Below are positions 26,604 to 35,812 of a stretch of 64,000 nt of DNA, piece by piece. The position numbers and the translations under genes are program-made. The stretch is taken from the NCBI GenBank assembly GCA_045646905.1, contig JAZRLP010000022.1:37627-101626 (forward strand), written 5' to 3'. This DNA comes from Muribaculaceae bacterium (GTDB taxonomy: Bacteria > Bacteroidota > Bacteroidia > Bacteroidales > Muribaculaceae). Each line of letters starts with the position of its first letter. Position 1 is the first letter of the stretch. The notes under the pieces are model-generated. The model was given only the letters and a program-made list of their open reading frames with translations, searched no databases and was not told the origin of the DNA.

Positions 26604-28502
26604 ATGAGAAAGTGGCGCATAGATGATAGTTCCGAACTATATAACATCAACGGATGGGGATTGAAATATTTCTCAATCAATGAAAAAGGTCATGTGGCAG
26701 TAACGCCCAAGGAGGGGTATGCTTCGGTCGATCTTAAAGAGGTGATGGATGAGTTGCAAGTGCGCGACATCGTTTCGCCTGTATTGTTGCGTTTCCCCGA
26801 TATCTTGGACAATCGCATTGAGAAAATATCTCGTTGTTTCAAGCAAGCAGCTAAAGAGTATAACTATCAAGCACAAAACTATTTGATTTATCCCATTAAG
26901 GTGAATCAAATGCGTCCAGTAGTGGAGGAACTTGTTACCCATGGTAAAAAGTTTAATATAGGCCTTGAGGCTGGCTCTAAACCCGAGTTACATGCTGTGT
27001 TGGCTACTAATATAGCCGAAAATGCGCTTATCATTTGTAACGGTTATAAAGATGAAGACTATATTGAGTTGGCATTATTGGCACAAAAGATGGGGCGTCG
27101 CATCTATCTTGTTGTAGAGAAACTCAATGAATTGCGACTTATCACAGAGATTGCTAAACGCATTAATATCAAGCCCAATATAGGCATTCGCATCAAGTTG
27201 TCTAGTTCAGGCTCGGGAAAATGGGAAGAGTCGGGCGGTGACCAATCAAAATTTGGTCTCAATTCAAGTGAATTGCTCGAGGCTCTTGACTTCCTTGAAA
27301 AGAATAAAATGGAGGAATGTCTCAAATTCATCCATTTCCATATAGGTAGCCAAATAACAAAAATTCGTCGCATAAAAAATGCGTTGCGTGAGGCTACTCA
27401 ATTCTATGTGCAATTGTCAAAGTTGGGCTTCAATATTGAATTTGTTGATATTGGTGGAGGTCTTGGCGTTGATTATGATGGCACTCGTAGCTCGGCAAGC
27501 GAAAGTAGCATGAACTATTCAATCCAAGAGTATGCCAACGACGCGGTTTCGGCAATTGTTGATGCTTGTGAGAAGAATAACCTAAAGCAACCCAATGTGA
27601 TTACCGAGAGCGGTCGTTCATTGTCGGCTCATCACTCGGTATTGGTGTTTGAGGTGCTTGAAACTGCATCGCAACCCATTTGGAAAGATACTGAAGAGAT
27701 TGATGAAAATAGTCATGAGTTGGCTCGTGAATTATATGAAATATGGGACAAGTTAAGTCAAGCTCGTTTGTTTGAAAGCTGGCACGATGCTCTTGAAATT
27801 CGTGAAACAGCTCTCGACTTGTTTAGCTTGGGAATGCTCGACTTGCGCACACGAGCTCAAATCGAAAAACTATTCTGGTCGGTGGCGCGTGAGGTAGGAG
27901 AACTTGCAGCTACACTAAAGCATGCTCCCGATGAGTTTCGCAAAATTGCAAAGATGTTGCCCGATAAGTATTTCTGCAACTTCTCTTTGTTCCAATCTTT
28001 GCCCGACTCATGGGCTATAGACCAAGTGTTCCCCATAATGCCTATTTCTCGTTTGGACGAGCGTCCTAATCGCACTGCTACATTACAAGATATAACATGC
28101 GACTCCGACGGAAAGATTGCAAACTTTATATCAAACCATGGTATTGCAAGTTCATTGCCAGTTCATTCATTGAAACCCAATGAACCATACTATCTTGGTG
28201 TGTTCCTTGTGGGTGCTTATCAAGAGATTCTTGGCGACATGCACAATCTATTTGGCGACACTAACGCTGTTCACATTAGTGTTTACAAAGATAGATATGA
28301 GATAGATCAAGTTATTGAGGGAGAGACGGTTGCCGAAGTGCTCGACTATGTGCAATTTAATCCTAAAAAACTTGTGCGTAATGTAGAAACTTGGGTTACT
28401 GCATCAATGAAGGCCGGACGCATTACCCCCGAAGAGGGTCGTGAGTTCTTGAGCAACTATCGCTCGGGGCTTTATGGCTACACCTATCTTGAACGCGATT
28501 AG
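26604..28502 (+). CDS. speA: biosynthetic arginine decarboxylase
   Basis: 632 aa. Has the N-terminal W.IDDS.ELYNI.GWG..YF.IN..GHV, the PLP site region YPIKVNQ, and the SpeA-typical C-terminus. Confidence 0.92.
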   Translation: MRKWRIDDSSELYNINGWGLKYFSINEKGHVAVTPKEGYASVDLKEVMDELQVRDIVSPVLLRFPDILDNRIEKISRCFKQAAKEYNYQAQNYLIYPIKVNQMRPVVEELVTHGKKFNIGLEAGSKPELHAVLATNIAENALIICNGYKDEDYIELALLAQKMGRRIYLVVEKLNELRLITEIAKRINIKPNIGIRIKLSSSGSGKWEESGGDQSKFGLNSSELLEALDFLEKNKMEECLKFIHFHIGSQITKIRRIKNALREATQFYVQLSKLGFNIEFVDIGGGLGVDYDGTRSSASESSMNYSIQEYANDAVSAIVDACEKNNLKQPNVITESGRSLSAHHSVLVFEVLETASQPIWKDTEEIDENSHELARELYEIWDKLSQARLFESWHDALEIRETALDLFSLGMLDLRTRAQIEKLFWSVAREVGELAATLKHAPDEFRKIAKMLPDKYFCNFSLFQSLPDSWAIDQVFPIMPISRLDERPNRTATLQDITCDSDGKIANFISNHGIASSLPVHSLKPNEPYYLGVFLVGAYQEILGDMHNLFGDTNAVHISVYKDRYEIDQVIEGETVAEVLDYVQFNPKKLVRNVETWVTASMKAGRITPEEGREFLSNYRSGLYGYTYLERD

Positions 28503-28595
28503 TATATAAAAGAAAAATGAATGTGGAGAAAGAATAAATAATTTTTCAGCATCCACTTTCTATGCTTCGTCCTCAATTTTAAACTCTCAATTATT

Positions 28596-29351
28596 ATGAG
28601 ATATTTCATGCATCTTGCTTATCGAGGTGAACCATTTCATGGTTGGCAATCGCAGCCTAATGCTGTTTCGGTGCAATCAACCATCGAAGGGGCATTGTCA
28701 ACAATTATGCGTGAACCCATCAAGATTGTGGGGGCTGGTCGCACCGATGCGGGTGTAAATGCTCACTCAATGGTTGCGCATTTTGATGTTGAAAAGCCTA
28801 TCGCTAACCCCAATTCGTTGGTAAGAGGACTGAATTCCTTGATAGGACGCGATATTGCAATATACTCAATAAAAGAGGTGCATGATGATGCTCACGCTCG
28901 ATTTGATGCCACCTCGCGCACATACCATTATTATGCTCATGTCGAAAAATCACCTTTCTTATATGAATTAAGTTGGCAAGCTCCTGCCACATTGGACTAT
29001 GAGAAGATGAATGAAGCAGCAATGTTATTGCTTGAAACCGATGATTTTACATCGTTTGCAAAGTTGCATGCCGATAACAAAACAAATATTTGTCGGGTGA
29101 CTTATGCCAAATGGGAATCATTGGGCGATGGCCGATGGGTGTTTGTGATAACTGCCGACCGATTTTTGCGAAATATGGTGCGTGCAGTTGTAGGCACTCT
29201 TGTTGAGGTGGGGAGAGGGAAAATATCAATCGACGATTTCCGTCGCATAATTGCACAAAAAGACCGTTGCTCGGCAGGTACATCAATGCCGGGACACGCG
29301 TTGTTTCTCTGGAATGTAACTTATCCTTATTATAATCCTACTGCTGATTAA
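28596..29351 (+). CDS. truA: tRNA pseudouridine(38-40) synthase TruA
   Basis: Has YRGEPFHGWQSQPN, the GAGRTDAGVNA catalytic Asp motif and FLRNMVR. Confidence 0.9.
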   Translation: MRYFMHLAYRGEPFHGWQSQPNAVSVQSTIEGALSTIMREPIKIVGAGRTDAGVNAHSMVAHFDVEKPIANPNSLVRGLNSLIGRDIAIYSIKEVHDDAHARFDATSRTYHYYAHVEKSPFLYELSWQAPATLDYEKMNEAAMLLLETDDFTSFAKLHADNKTNICRVTYAKWESLGDGRWVFVITADRFLRNMVRAVVGTLVEVGRGKISIDDFRRIIAQKDRCSAGTSMPGHALFLWNVTYPYYNPTAD

Positions 29352-30786
29352 CTATGGGGTGGGCAACGATAACTGTAGTTGTAGCCGATAACTTCCCAAG
29401 ACGCGCTGTAAGCGTGTGAGTTCCTGTTTCCTTTGCTATAAATGAATCGCCTTTTATCTTGCCTGCCTTTCTTGAACATTTGAATTTAATCCCTTTTACA
29501 TTTGAATCAATAAGGATTCCATACTTGTTGTATCCATAAATGACAGGAGTATAGCTGTCGCCTTGTTTTAGCGATGTGCGATAATTGGCAAATGCTATTG
29601 ATGTAATTTCGTTATCTACAGGTGCTTTTGCTACAGCATACAACCCATTGGCAACAGTGCGTTCAACACCATCGCTGGGTACATTACAGATGCCTAAATT
29701 TTTAACATATAGTTCGCTTGAGCCACCTCCATCAAGATTTATTGCATCGTCGCATCCTACATAGCGCATGATGTCGGCCAATACTTTTGAGGTACATCCA
29801 TCTGATACCTCCGACCTGCCATCAACAATCAAGATTGTGAGGTAACGGCCGCTTGCGTCATTTCCTACAGCAGTGCGAGGATGTAATCCGTTGAGGTGCT
29901 TGAGGATATCGACTGGGTCGGTAGTCTCTCCGTTGCGTAAAATTACGGGGTATCCACTCACTACCTCGGTAGGGTTTATGGTTGTACCATTGGGGAGCGC
30001 TACTGTTGTTGAAATCTCAATAATATCGCCTTTCTTTAGATAATTGATGCCTAATCCTTGGAAATCGGTACCCGACAATACATAACCATTTGAAGGTATT
30101 GCTGTTGCTCCACCTACTTTGGGCGATGATTCAACTTTCATCTTTGTAACTTTTCCTATGGTTAAAGGATCTTTGATGGGCAATAATATAATCTCTGAAG
30201 CATTAGCAACACTATCGGTTGCAGTTCCATACATAGGAGTGTATAGAGTGAGGCTATTTGTTGATGCCACAGTATTTATTCCCGATAGATTAGCCCTATT
30301 GTTGCCAAATGTAGCAACGCAATTTATTTTCATCTCATCCATAATGACCTGCTTGTTTGGCATCCAAGCCCATTGGGTGCGACCATTATTATCGACATAA
30401 ATAGGGTTGTTACTTGATATTTGAGAGCCAATAGAGTTGCCACGGCGCATGTTAAAGAAGTCGGCATTTACCCCAAGGAAATATTGAGTCGAATCGTTGT
30501 TGTTATCCAAAGCCATCCCCGACACCTCTTGACGAGCATAGATGGTGTTCTTGGCCTTCAAAACTCTCATATCGATGATGGGATTTGAAAGGTCGGTTGT
30601 GGTGTAAAATATATTTAAATTTTGAGCACCGGTGAGACGCAAGGACGTGAGTGTTGTGCCTGGTCCCACTGAAATGTGATTGAGCGTGTCAACATTATAG
30701 TCTTTCCCTTGTAAAGACCAATTGGTAGCGCCAAAAGCGCTTAAAATGGGGGCAATTAAGCACACGCATAGCGATAGCATCTTCAT
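29338..30786 (-). CDS. phosphodiester glycosidase (NAGPA-like) family secreted protein
   Basis: The signal peptide starts at an internal ATG (MKMLSLCVCLIAPILSAFG). Has an NLDGGGSS motif typical of the family and an Ig-like C-terminal region. It overlaps the truA 3' end convergently by 14 nt. Confidence 0.65.
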   Translation of the reverse strand: MKMLSLCVCLIAPILSAFGATNWSLQGKDYNVDTLNHISVGPGTTLTSLRLTGAQNLNIFYTTTDLSNPIIDMRVLKAKNTIYARQEVSGMALDNNNDSTQYFLGVNADFFNMRRGNSIGSQISSNNPIYVDNNGRTQWAWMPNKQVIMDEMKINCVATFGNNRANLSGINTVASTNSLTLYTPMYGTATDSVANASEIILLPIKDPLTIGKVTKMKVESSPKVGGATAIPSNGYVLSGTDFQGLGINYLKKGDIIEISTTVALPNGTTINPTEVVSGYPVILRNGETTDPVDILKHLNGLHPRTAVGNDASGRYLTILIVDGRSEVSDGCTSKVLADIMRYVGCDDAINLDGGGSSELYVKNLGICNVPSDGVERTVANGLYAVAKAPVDNEITSIAFANYRTSLKQGDSYTPVIYGYNKYGILIDSNVKGIKFKCSRKAGKIKGDSFIAKETGTHTLTARLGKLSATTTVIVAHPIVNQQ

Positions 30787-30854
30787 GGCTAAATGATTAG
30801 TTAAGGTGTGAAAAATATAAATATAGTGAGATAACCCCATTATCATTCAAGAGA

Positions 30855-31784
30855 TTAACCCTTGAATGTTTTGATGTGGCGATCTTTCTTTTCTTGGAAA
30901 ATATCTTCAACTGTGATTAAAATGCCACTTTCTTCTACATCACCAAATTCATCGTTGATTGCAGTACCAAACATTTTCATTGATGGAGATAGATTCATGT
31001 AGGCATTTACCAATGGAGGAATATTTAATCCACGTTCACGAACTGAAGTATTCAATATTTTGTAATCTTCTTTGTAATCACTACCAACAAATAACTTCTC
31101 CATTGCAGCAGTGTCAGTATTAGTCTCTAATGGCTTAATTGGAGTTACTAATGCCTCGTTGTCGGGGAAATATTTGTGAAGGAAATATAGGATCATATTG
31201 CGACATTCCGAACAATAGTCGGGATACATTGTAACTTTGCCGAAATAGTATTTGATTTCGGGGTGTACCACAGTGAGTGCGCCAAGTCCATCCCAAAGAT
31301 TGTCGAGTGCGAATAGAGCTTTTGCTCCAGCTTTAGATGATTGGTACTCAAGACGCACAAAAGAACGACCAAGTTCAAGAGTGTAGGGGAGATAGTCGTT
31401 TATGAATTTAGGTGAAAAATTGAATAAGTGAGAAGTTGCAATACGAGGAGTGCCATTTTCTTCTATCTTTATATTACGACCAGTAATGAAACGATAACCG
31501 CCGATGATGAGGTCTGCATCTGGGTCCCATACAATTAATTGTTGACAAGCAGGAGTCATCGTGTCAAATTCATCGATGTCGCACTCTTTCCCTGTGCCAC
31601 CACCACCTGCACGGAAAGCGATTTCACGAAGACGGCCTATTTCGCGCATCACATTAGGCGCATTGAATGCGTCAACAATATAAATTTTGTTGCCACCTTT
31701 ATTAGTGTCGCGCAAGAAACGTTCTTCGGTTAATTCAGCTTTAATTAACTCTAATGGTATTTCGTTTATTATTGGTTGTTCCAT
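30855..31784 (-). CDS. GNAT/hemolysin-type N-acyltransferase (OlsB/GlsB-like amino-acid lipid synthase)
   Basis: Has the IGRLREIAFRAGGGGTGKE.DIDEFD motif characteristic of the family. I chose ATG 31784 over the TTG at 31808 in the ORF track. It is paired with an acyltransferase gene. Confidence 0.7.
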   Translation of the reverse strand: MEQPIINEIPLELIKAELTEERFLRDTNKGGNKIYIVDAFNAPNVMREIGRLREIAFRAGGGGTGKECDIDEFDTMTPACQQLIVWDPDADLIIGGYRFITGRNIKIEENGTPRIATSHLFNFSPKFINDYLPYTLELGRSFVRLEYQSSKAGAKALFALDNLWDGLGALTVVHPEIKYYFGKVTMYPDYCSECRNMILYFLHKYFPDNEALVTPIKPLETNTDTAAMEKLFVGSDYKEDYKILNTSVRERGLNIPPLVNAYMNLSPSMKMFGTAINDEFGDVEESGILITVEDIFQEKKDRHIKTFKG

Positions 31785-31817
31785 CGTTAATTGATTGTTT
31801 AGTCGCAATATAGCGAA

Positions 31818-32657
31818 TTATTGTTTTAGTTTATAGACTATTTCTCTAATTTCGTCAGTCTTGTCTTGGGTTGTCTTACCATTTTCGGGCTTGAGCGACT
31901 GCCATGAAATAGTCTTGCCTATTGTTATTGTGTAGTTAGCATTTTCACTGTTTACCATTTCGCGAGGGAGGTAAATCATTTCTATATTAAACTTTATGCC
32001 TAAATTCTTGCGACGTTTTGCAAAGTTATAGAATGAAGGAGAGTTTTCTCCGCCAAAGAACATCGGAATGACATCACGTTGATGTTCAATGCATTTGTTT
32101 ACAAACATTTTTTGCCATTTAAGGTCGGCAATGCCACCATCTTTGCTACGACGCGATACTAATCCCGCTGGGAATATTATTATAGGGTCATTCCCCTTGA
32201 ATGCTTCTTCAATAGCTCTGAATGATTGGCGACTTTGCTTTCCATGTTTGTTGATAGGGAGGAACACTCCATGCAATGGTTTTAAAACCATCAAAATGTC
32301 GTTTACGATAAAATTAACTTTTCCTCCATATACTTTTGAAATATAGTCGATATAAGCAATTCCATCAAGTCCTCCAAGTGGGTGGTTTGAAACGATAACA
32401 ACCCTACGATTGTCGCGCGATGGGAGATTTTCCTCTCCTTTAATTTTTACTGAGATATTGAGCTCATGCATTAATGCTCGACAAAATTCGGCATCACGCT
32501 TATCTTGAATTTTGTCGAGTAGCTCATTCAAACGGTCTTGGCATATAGTGCGCTCAACCCAGCGAACGAGGAATTTAGGGATGAATTTATAGTGTCGTGG
32601 CAATTTTTGTCGCAACACATCATCAACATTGATTTTTAGGGCTTTTTGCTGATTCAT
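31818..32657 (-). CDS. lysophospholipid/1-acyl-sn-glycerol-3-phosphate acyltransferase family protein (GlsA/OlsA-like O-acyltransferase)
   Basis: 279 aa with an SNHPLGGLDG (H(X)4D) acyltransferase motif and FPAG.VSR. Confidence 0.7.
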   Translation of the reverse strand: MNQQKALKINVDDVLRQKLPRHYKFIPKFLVRWVERTICQDRLNELLDKIQDKRDAEFCRALMHELNISVKIKGEENLPSRDNRRVVIVSNHPLGGLDGIAYIDYISKVYGGKVNFIVNDILMVLKPLHGVFLPINKHGKQSRQSFRAIEEAFKGNDPIIIFPAGLVSRRSKDGGIADLKWQKMFVNKCIEHQRDVIPMFFGGENSPSFYNFAKRRKNLGIKFNIEMIYLPREMVNSENANYTITIGKTISWQSLKPENGKTTQDKTDEIREIVYKLKQ

Positions 32658-32661
32658 TGTG

Positions 32662-32669
32662 CAAATTTA
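32662..32669 (-). promoter_or_regulatory. -7 promoter box TAAATTTG 4 nt from the acyltransferase ATG
   Basis: Minus strand reads TAAATTTG-CACA-ATG. Confidence 0.5.
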
Positions 32670-32712
32670 CTGAATTTTTACTAATTATGTGGTAAAATCG
32701 GACAAAAATAAT

Positions 32713-32720
32713 TAAGTTTG
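32713..32720 (+). promoter_or_regulatory. -7 promoter box TAAGTTTG 4 nt from ATG 32725
   Basis: Plus strand reads TAAGTTTG-CACT-ATG. Confidence 0.5.
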
Positions 32721-32724
32721 CACT

Positions 32725-34149
32725 ATGACAACCAATTATCGTGCATTTATATATGCCCAATTGGGCTATATTTTACTCATAATTTTATCGTTAATAATGT
32801 TTCCTGGAGCATCGTTTTTCTCCACATTGTTGACGATGATAGGTGTGTGGGTATTTATCTCAATGGTGTATAGACGAGCCCCTTGGCGCAATAGCGTGGG
32901 GTGGTGGACATTGCTCATAGCTACAACATTGATGGCTGTGGGGGTAATTGTTAATGTACATTATTTCACGGCACAGGCTGGCGCTACAACTGAATTACCG
33001 GTTCTCCTAAATCCCGATTCGGCTCGTTTCTATAACGATGCATTATATACGACAGGATATTCACAAGGTGTGCCCACCGAGATAAAGAATCATGGATATG
33101 GGTTGTTGACATCATGGCTATGGCATATTACAGGAGTGACAATCGTAGCACCTATAGTTGTAAATATGATTGTGATGTTGTTGTCAATAATTCTATGTGG
33201 AGGCATTGCTTGGCGCATGTTGAGAGGAGAAACTTCTAAAAGTGGGCGATGGATTGCTTCGTGTGCCATGTTGATGAGCGCATCGGTGTGCTATTTTTTG
33301 AACTCGGGGACATTGTTCTTAAAAGAGGCATTAATCATATTTGCTTTTTCATTAATAACTTTTGCGATGACCTCGTTGGTAAATTGCTCATCTCGTCGCA
33401 AGGTAAACATTGCGATGATGATTATGTTTGGCATAGGGATTGTGATATTGGTGTTCTTGAGATACACCTTCTTGTTTATGCCTGTTATAGGAATTCTCAT
33501 TCTCGTGAAGTGGCAGCGTCGTCAATTATCGATGGGTGCTATGTTTTTGGGTATATGCGTGTTGGGGTGGATAATGTCAATTATATTCTATAGTACATCA
33601 TTAGTGTTTGATACAACTATCAATATAATTGAAGGTGAGAAACTTGCCGACTCATTCTTCTCGGGCGATCCACAACATTATGCCTATAATGCTGTGGTAG
33701 ATGGTTACTTTGATTTCCCGTGGTGGAAAAGGATTTTGTATTTACCACTTTCGGCAGCTGTGCAGTATTTAATTCCACTACCATGGGGATTTGCCGATGA
33801 TATTCATTATGGATACACATTGGCCTATGCTCATATCAGTTTCCCATGGTATGCTGTGGGTTGTTTAGTATTATATTATCTGCTTTGTGCAGCTCGCCGT
33901 TCACCCGATATCTTGCGTCGAATGACTTTTTGGGGTTTGTTGATGTGGCTTGTACCTGCATATTTGTTCGCCGGGACAGTGTCGCGCTATACTTTGCCCA
34001 TGTTACCATTATTAATTCCTGCAGCTGTTTATGTCGCAGCATTGTGGAAGACTTTTTCTACAATGAAGCGTTGGATATGGTGTTATTCTATTCTCTTAAT
34101 AATCGGACTTGTGGGTGGATATGTGATGCAGAAAGGAGGACTGGGATGA
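32725..34149 (+). CDS. large polytopic membrane protein (possible GT-C-type glycosyltransferase or polymerase/ligase-like; function unknown)
   Basis: 474 aa with more than 10 hydrophobic segments. It is the first gene of an operon with GT2, SDR and DUF115-like genes, and its stop overlaps the next start (ATGA). Confidence 0.55.
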   Translation: MTTNYRAFIYAQLGYILLIILSLIMFPGASFFSTLLTMIGVWVFISMVYRRAPWRNSVGWWTLLIATTLMAVGVIVNVHYFTAQAGATTELPVLLNPDSARFYNDALYTTGYSQGVPTEIKNHGYGLLTSWLWHITGVTIVAPIVVNMIVMLLSIILCGGIAWRMLRGETSKSGRWIASCAMLMSASVCYFLNSGTLFLKEALIIFAFSLITFAMTSLVNCSSRRKVNIAMMIMFGIGIVILVFLRYTFLFMPVIGILILVKWQRRQLSMGAMFLGICVLGWIMSIIFYSTSLVFDTTINIIEGEKLADSFFSGDPQHYAYNAVVDGYFDFPWWKRILYLPLSAAVQYLIPLPWGFADDIHYGYTLAYAHISFPWYAVGCLVLYYLLCAARRSPDILRRMTFWGLLMWLVPAYLFAGTVSRYTLPMLPLLIPAAVYVAALWKTFSTMKRWIWCYSILLIIGLVGGYVMQKGGLG

Positions 34150-34928
34150 AATTTTCGATAATCACTGCTACGCGCAATAATGAGGCAACTCTATCGGATA
34201 CAATCGAGAGCGTATTGTCGCAAAAAAATGTCGAGATAGAATATATTATTGTCGATGGAGCAAGTAGTGATGGTTCTCTTGATGTGATAAAAAAATATGC
34301 ACACAAGTATCCTCATGTTATTCGATTCATTAGCGAACCCGATAATGGGGTATATAGCGCAATAAATAAGGGTATAAAAATGGCAACAGGCGATATTGTA
34401 GGCCTATTGCATGGTAACGACACTTATTCATCAAGCGAAATTCTCTCTCAAATTAATGAGGCAATGCAATCGGGTGATGTTCCATTTGTATTTGGCGATG
34501 TGAAATATACAAAGGTGGGTAGTGATAGGGTTGTGCGTTATTATTCTTCGGCACGATTTGAAGTTAGTGACTTGCTGCAGGGGATAGCTCCTCCTCATCC
34601 ATCGTTATATATGCGTCGTGAATTGTTTAAAAAATATGGTCTGTATAAAGAAGATTATCTCATAGGCGCCGATTTTGATATGTTCCTCCGACTTATGGTT
34701 GTAAACAAACTACAAGGGAAATATTTGGCTCTTGATATGGTCACGATGACGACAGGAGGGCTCTCAACACGCCTTTATCATCAAATTTTTACAAATAATC
34801 GAGAAAAATGTCGCGCATTGCGAGAAAATTCGTGTAATGTTAGTTTGTTTTTGCTTTTAAAACGGTATCTTTGTACTTTGAAAAGTTTTATAAATACTAA
34901 TCCATTACGCAACAGCCAGCAAAAATAG
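34146..34928 (+). CDS. glycosyltransferase family 2
   Basis: Has FSIITATRN...EYIIVDGASSDGS, GDIVGLLHGND and a PPHPS segment typical of small GT2 enzymes. ATG 34146 is used; the N-terminal 100 codons of the ORF-track call overlap the previous gene. Confidence 0.85.
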   Translation: MKFSIITATRNNEATLSDTIESVLSQKNVEIEYIIVDGASSDGSLDVIKKYAHKYPHVIRFISEPDNGVYSAINKGIKMATGDIVGLLHGNDTYSSSEILSQINEAMQSGDVPFVFGDVKYTKVGSDRVVRYYSSARFEVSDLLQGIAPPHPSLYMRRELFKKYGLYKEDYLIGADFDMFLRLMVVNKLQGKYLALDMVTMTTGGLSTRLYHQIFTNNREKCRALRENSCNVSLFLLLKRYLCTLKSFINTNPLRNSQQK

Positions 34929-35812
34929 TATTAATTACCGGCTCATGTGGGTTTCTTGGGCGTTACCTTTGCCATGAGTTTAGTGACTGCGATGTTACTA
35001 CATTGGGGTTGAACCCTAATAATAACATTGTATGTGACTTGGCTATTAATGTGCCTAATTTTTCGCGTGGCTTTGACTCGGTAGTGCATGCAGCGGGTGA
35101 CCCTCGAAACGAGAAAGCACATGCTGTGAATTATCAAGGTACAAAGAATTTGTGTAAAGGTCTTGAGGCAAACCCTCCAAAAGAATTTGTATTTATATCT
35201 TCGGTTCAAGTGTATGGTAAGACTCAAGGTGAAAATTATGATGAGTCAACTACGATTGAGCCTTTTACAGAATATGGTAAATCTAAAGCAATGGCCGAGG
35301 ATTTCCTTAGACAATGGTGTAGCGAGAGAGGTGTCAAACTATCAATTCTTCGCCCGCCATTGATTGTGGGAACACGAATGAAAGGGACTCTGCGCTCAAT
35401 GGTAAATGGTATTTATCGAGGATACTATTTCCACTTTAAAGATAATGACGCCCGTCGCAGTGTAGTGCATGCAGTTGATGTGTCGCATGTGGTGCGATTG
35501 ATTTCACCCATTGGTGGGATATATAATGTGACCGATGGAGTGCACCCTTCGGTATATGACTTGGGCGAAGCATTTGCCTATCGCATGGGTAACCGATGCA
35601 TCTATACAATACCCATGTGGATGGCTAAATTTGCAGCAAAATGTGGTGATATATTAGGTTATAATAATTCGCCTATTACTACATTGAAATTATCGCATCT
35701 CACCAATACTCTCACCTTCGACTCTACTGCAATAGAAAAGGTTCTTGATTGGAAGCCAAATGATGTGACCAATTATTTGCGTACCCATAACTACGATGAA
35801 AATAGCCTCTGA
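34925..35812 (+). CDS. NAD-dependent epimerase/dehydratase (SDR) family protein; start codon unresolved
   Basis: The Rossmann motif LITGSCGFLGRYL is encoded at 34931..34969, upstream of the first canonical start (TTG 35003). The remainder is SDR-like (YGKSK active-site region). See the related finding. Confidence 0.65.
   Translation: MVLITGSCGFLGRYLCHEFSDCDVTTLGLNPNNNIVCDLAINVPNFSRGFDSVVHAAGDPRNEKAHAVNYQGTKNLCKGLEANPPKEFVFISSVQVYGKTQGENYDESTTIEPFTEYGKSKAMAEDFLRQWCSERGVKLSILRPPLIVGTRMKGTLRSMVNGIYRGYYFHFKDNDARRSVVHAVDVSHVVRLISPIGGIYNVTDGVHPSVYDLGEAFAYRMGNRCIYTIPMWMAKFAAKCGDILGYNNSPITTLKLSHLTNTLTFDSTAIEKVLDWKPNDVTNYLRTHNYDENSL

Noticed and set aside
33846-34145. 100-codon N-terminal extension of the GT2 ORF in the ORF track (plus 33249..33593 on + and 33291..33500 on -)
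   Set aside because: The extension overlaps the C-terminal TM region of the upstream membrane protein in another frame. The GT2 homology begins exactly at ATG 34146 (MKFSIITATRN), which overlaps the upstream stop as ATGA.
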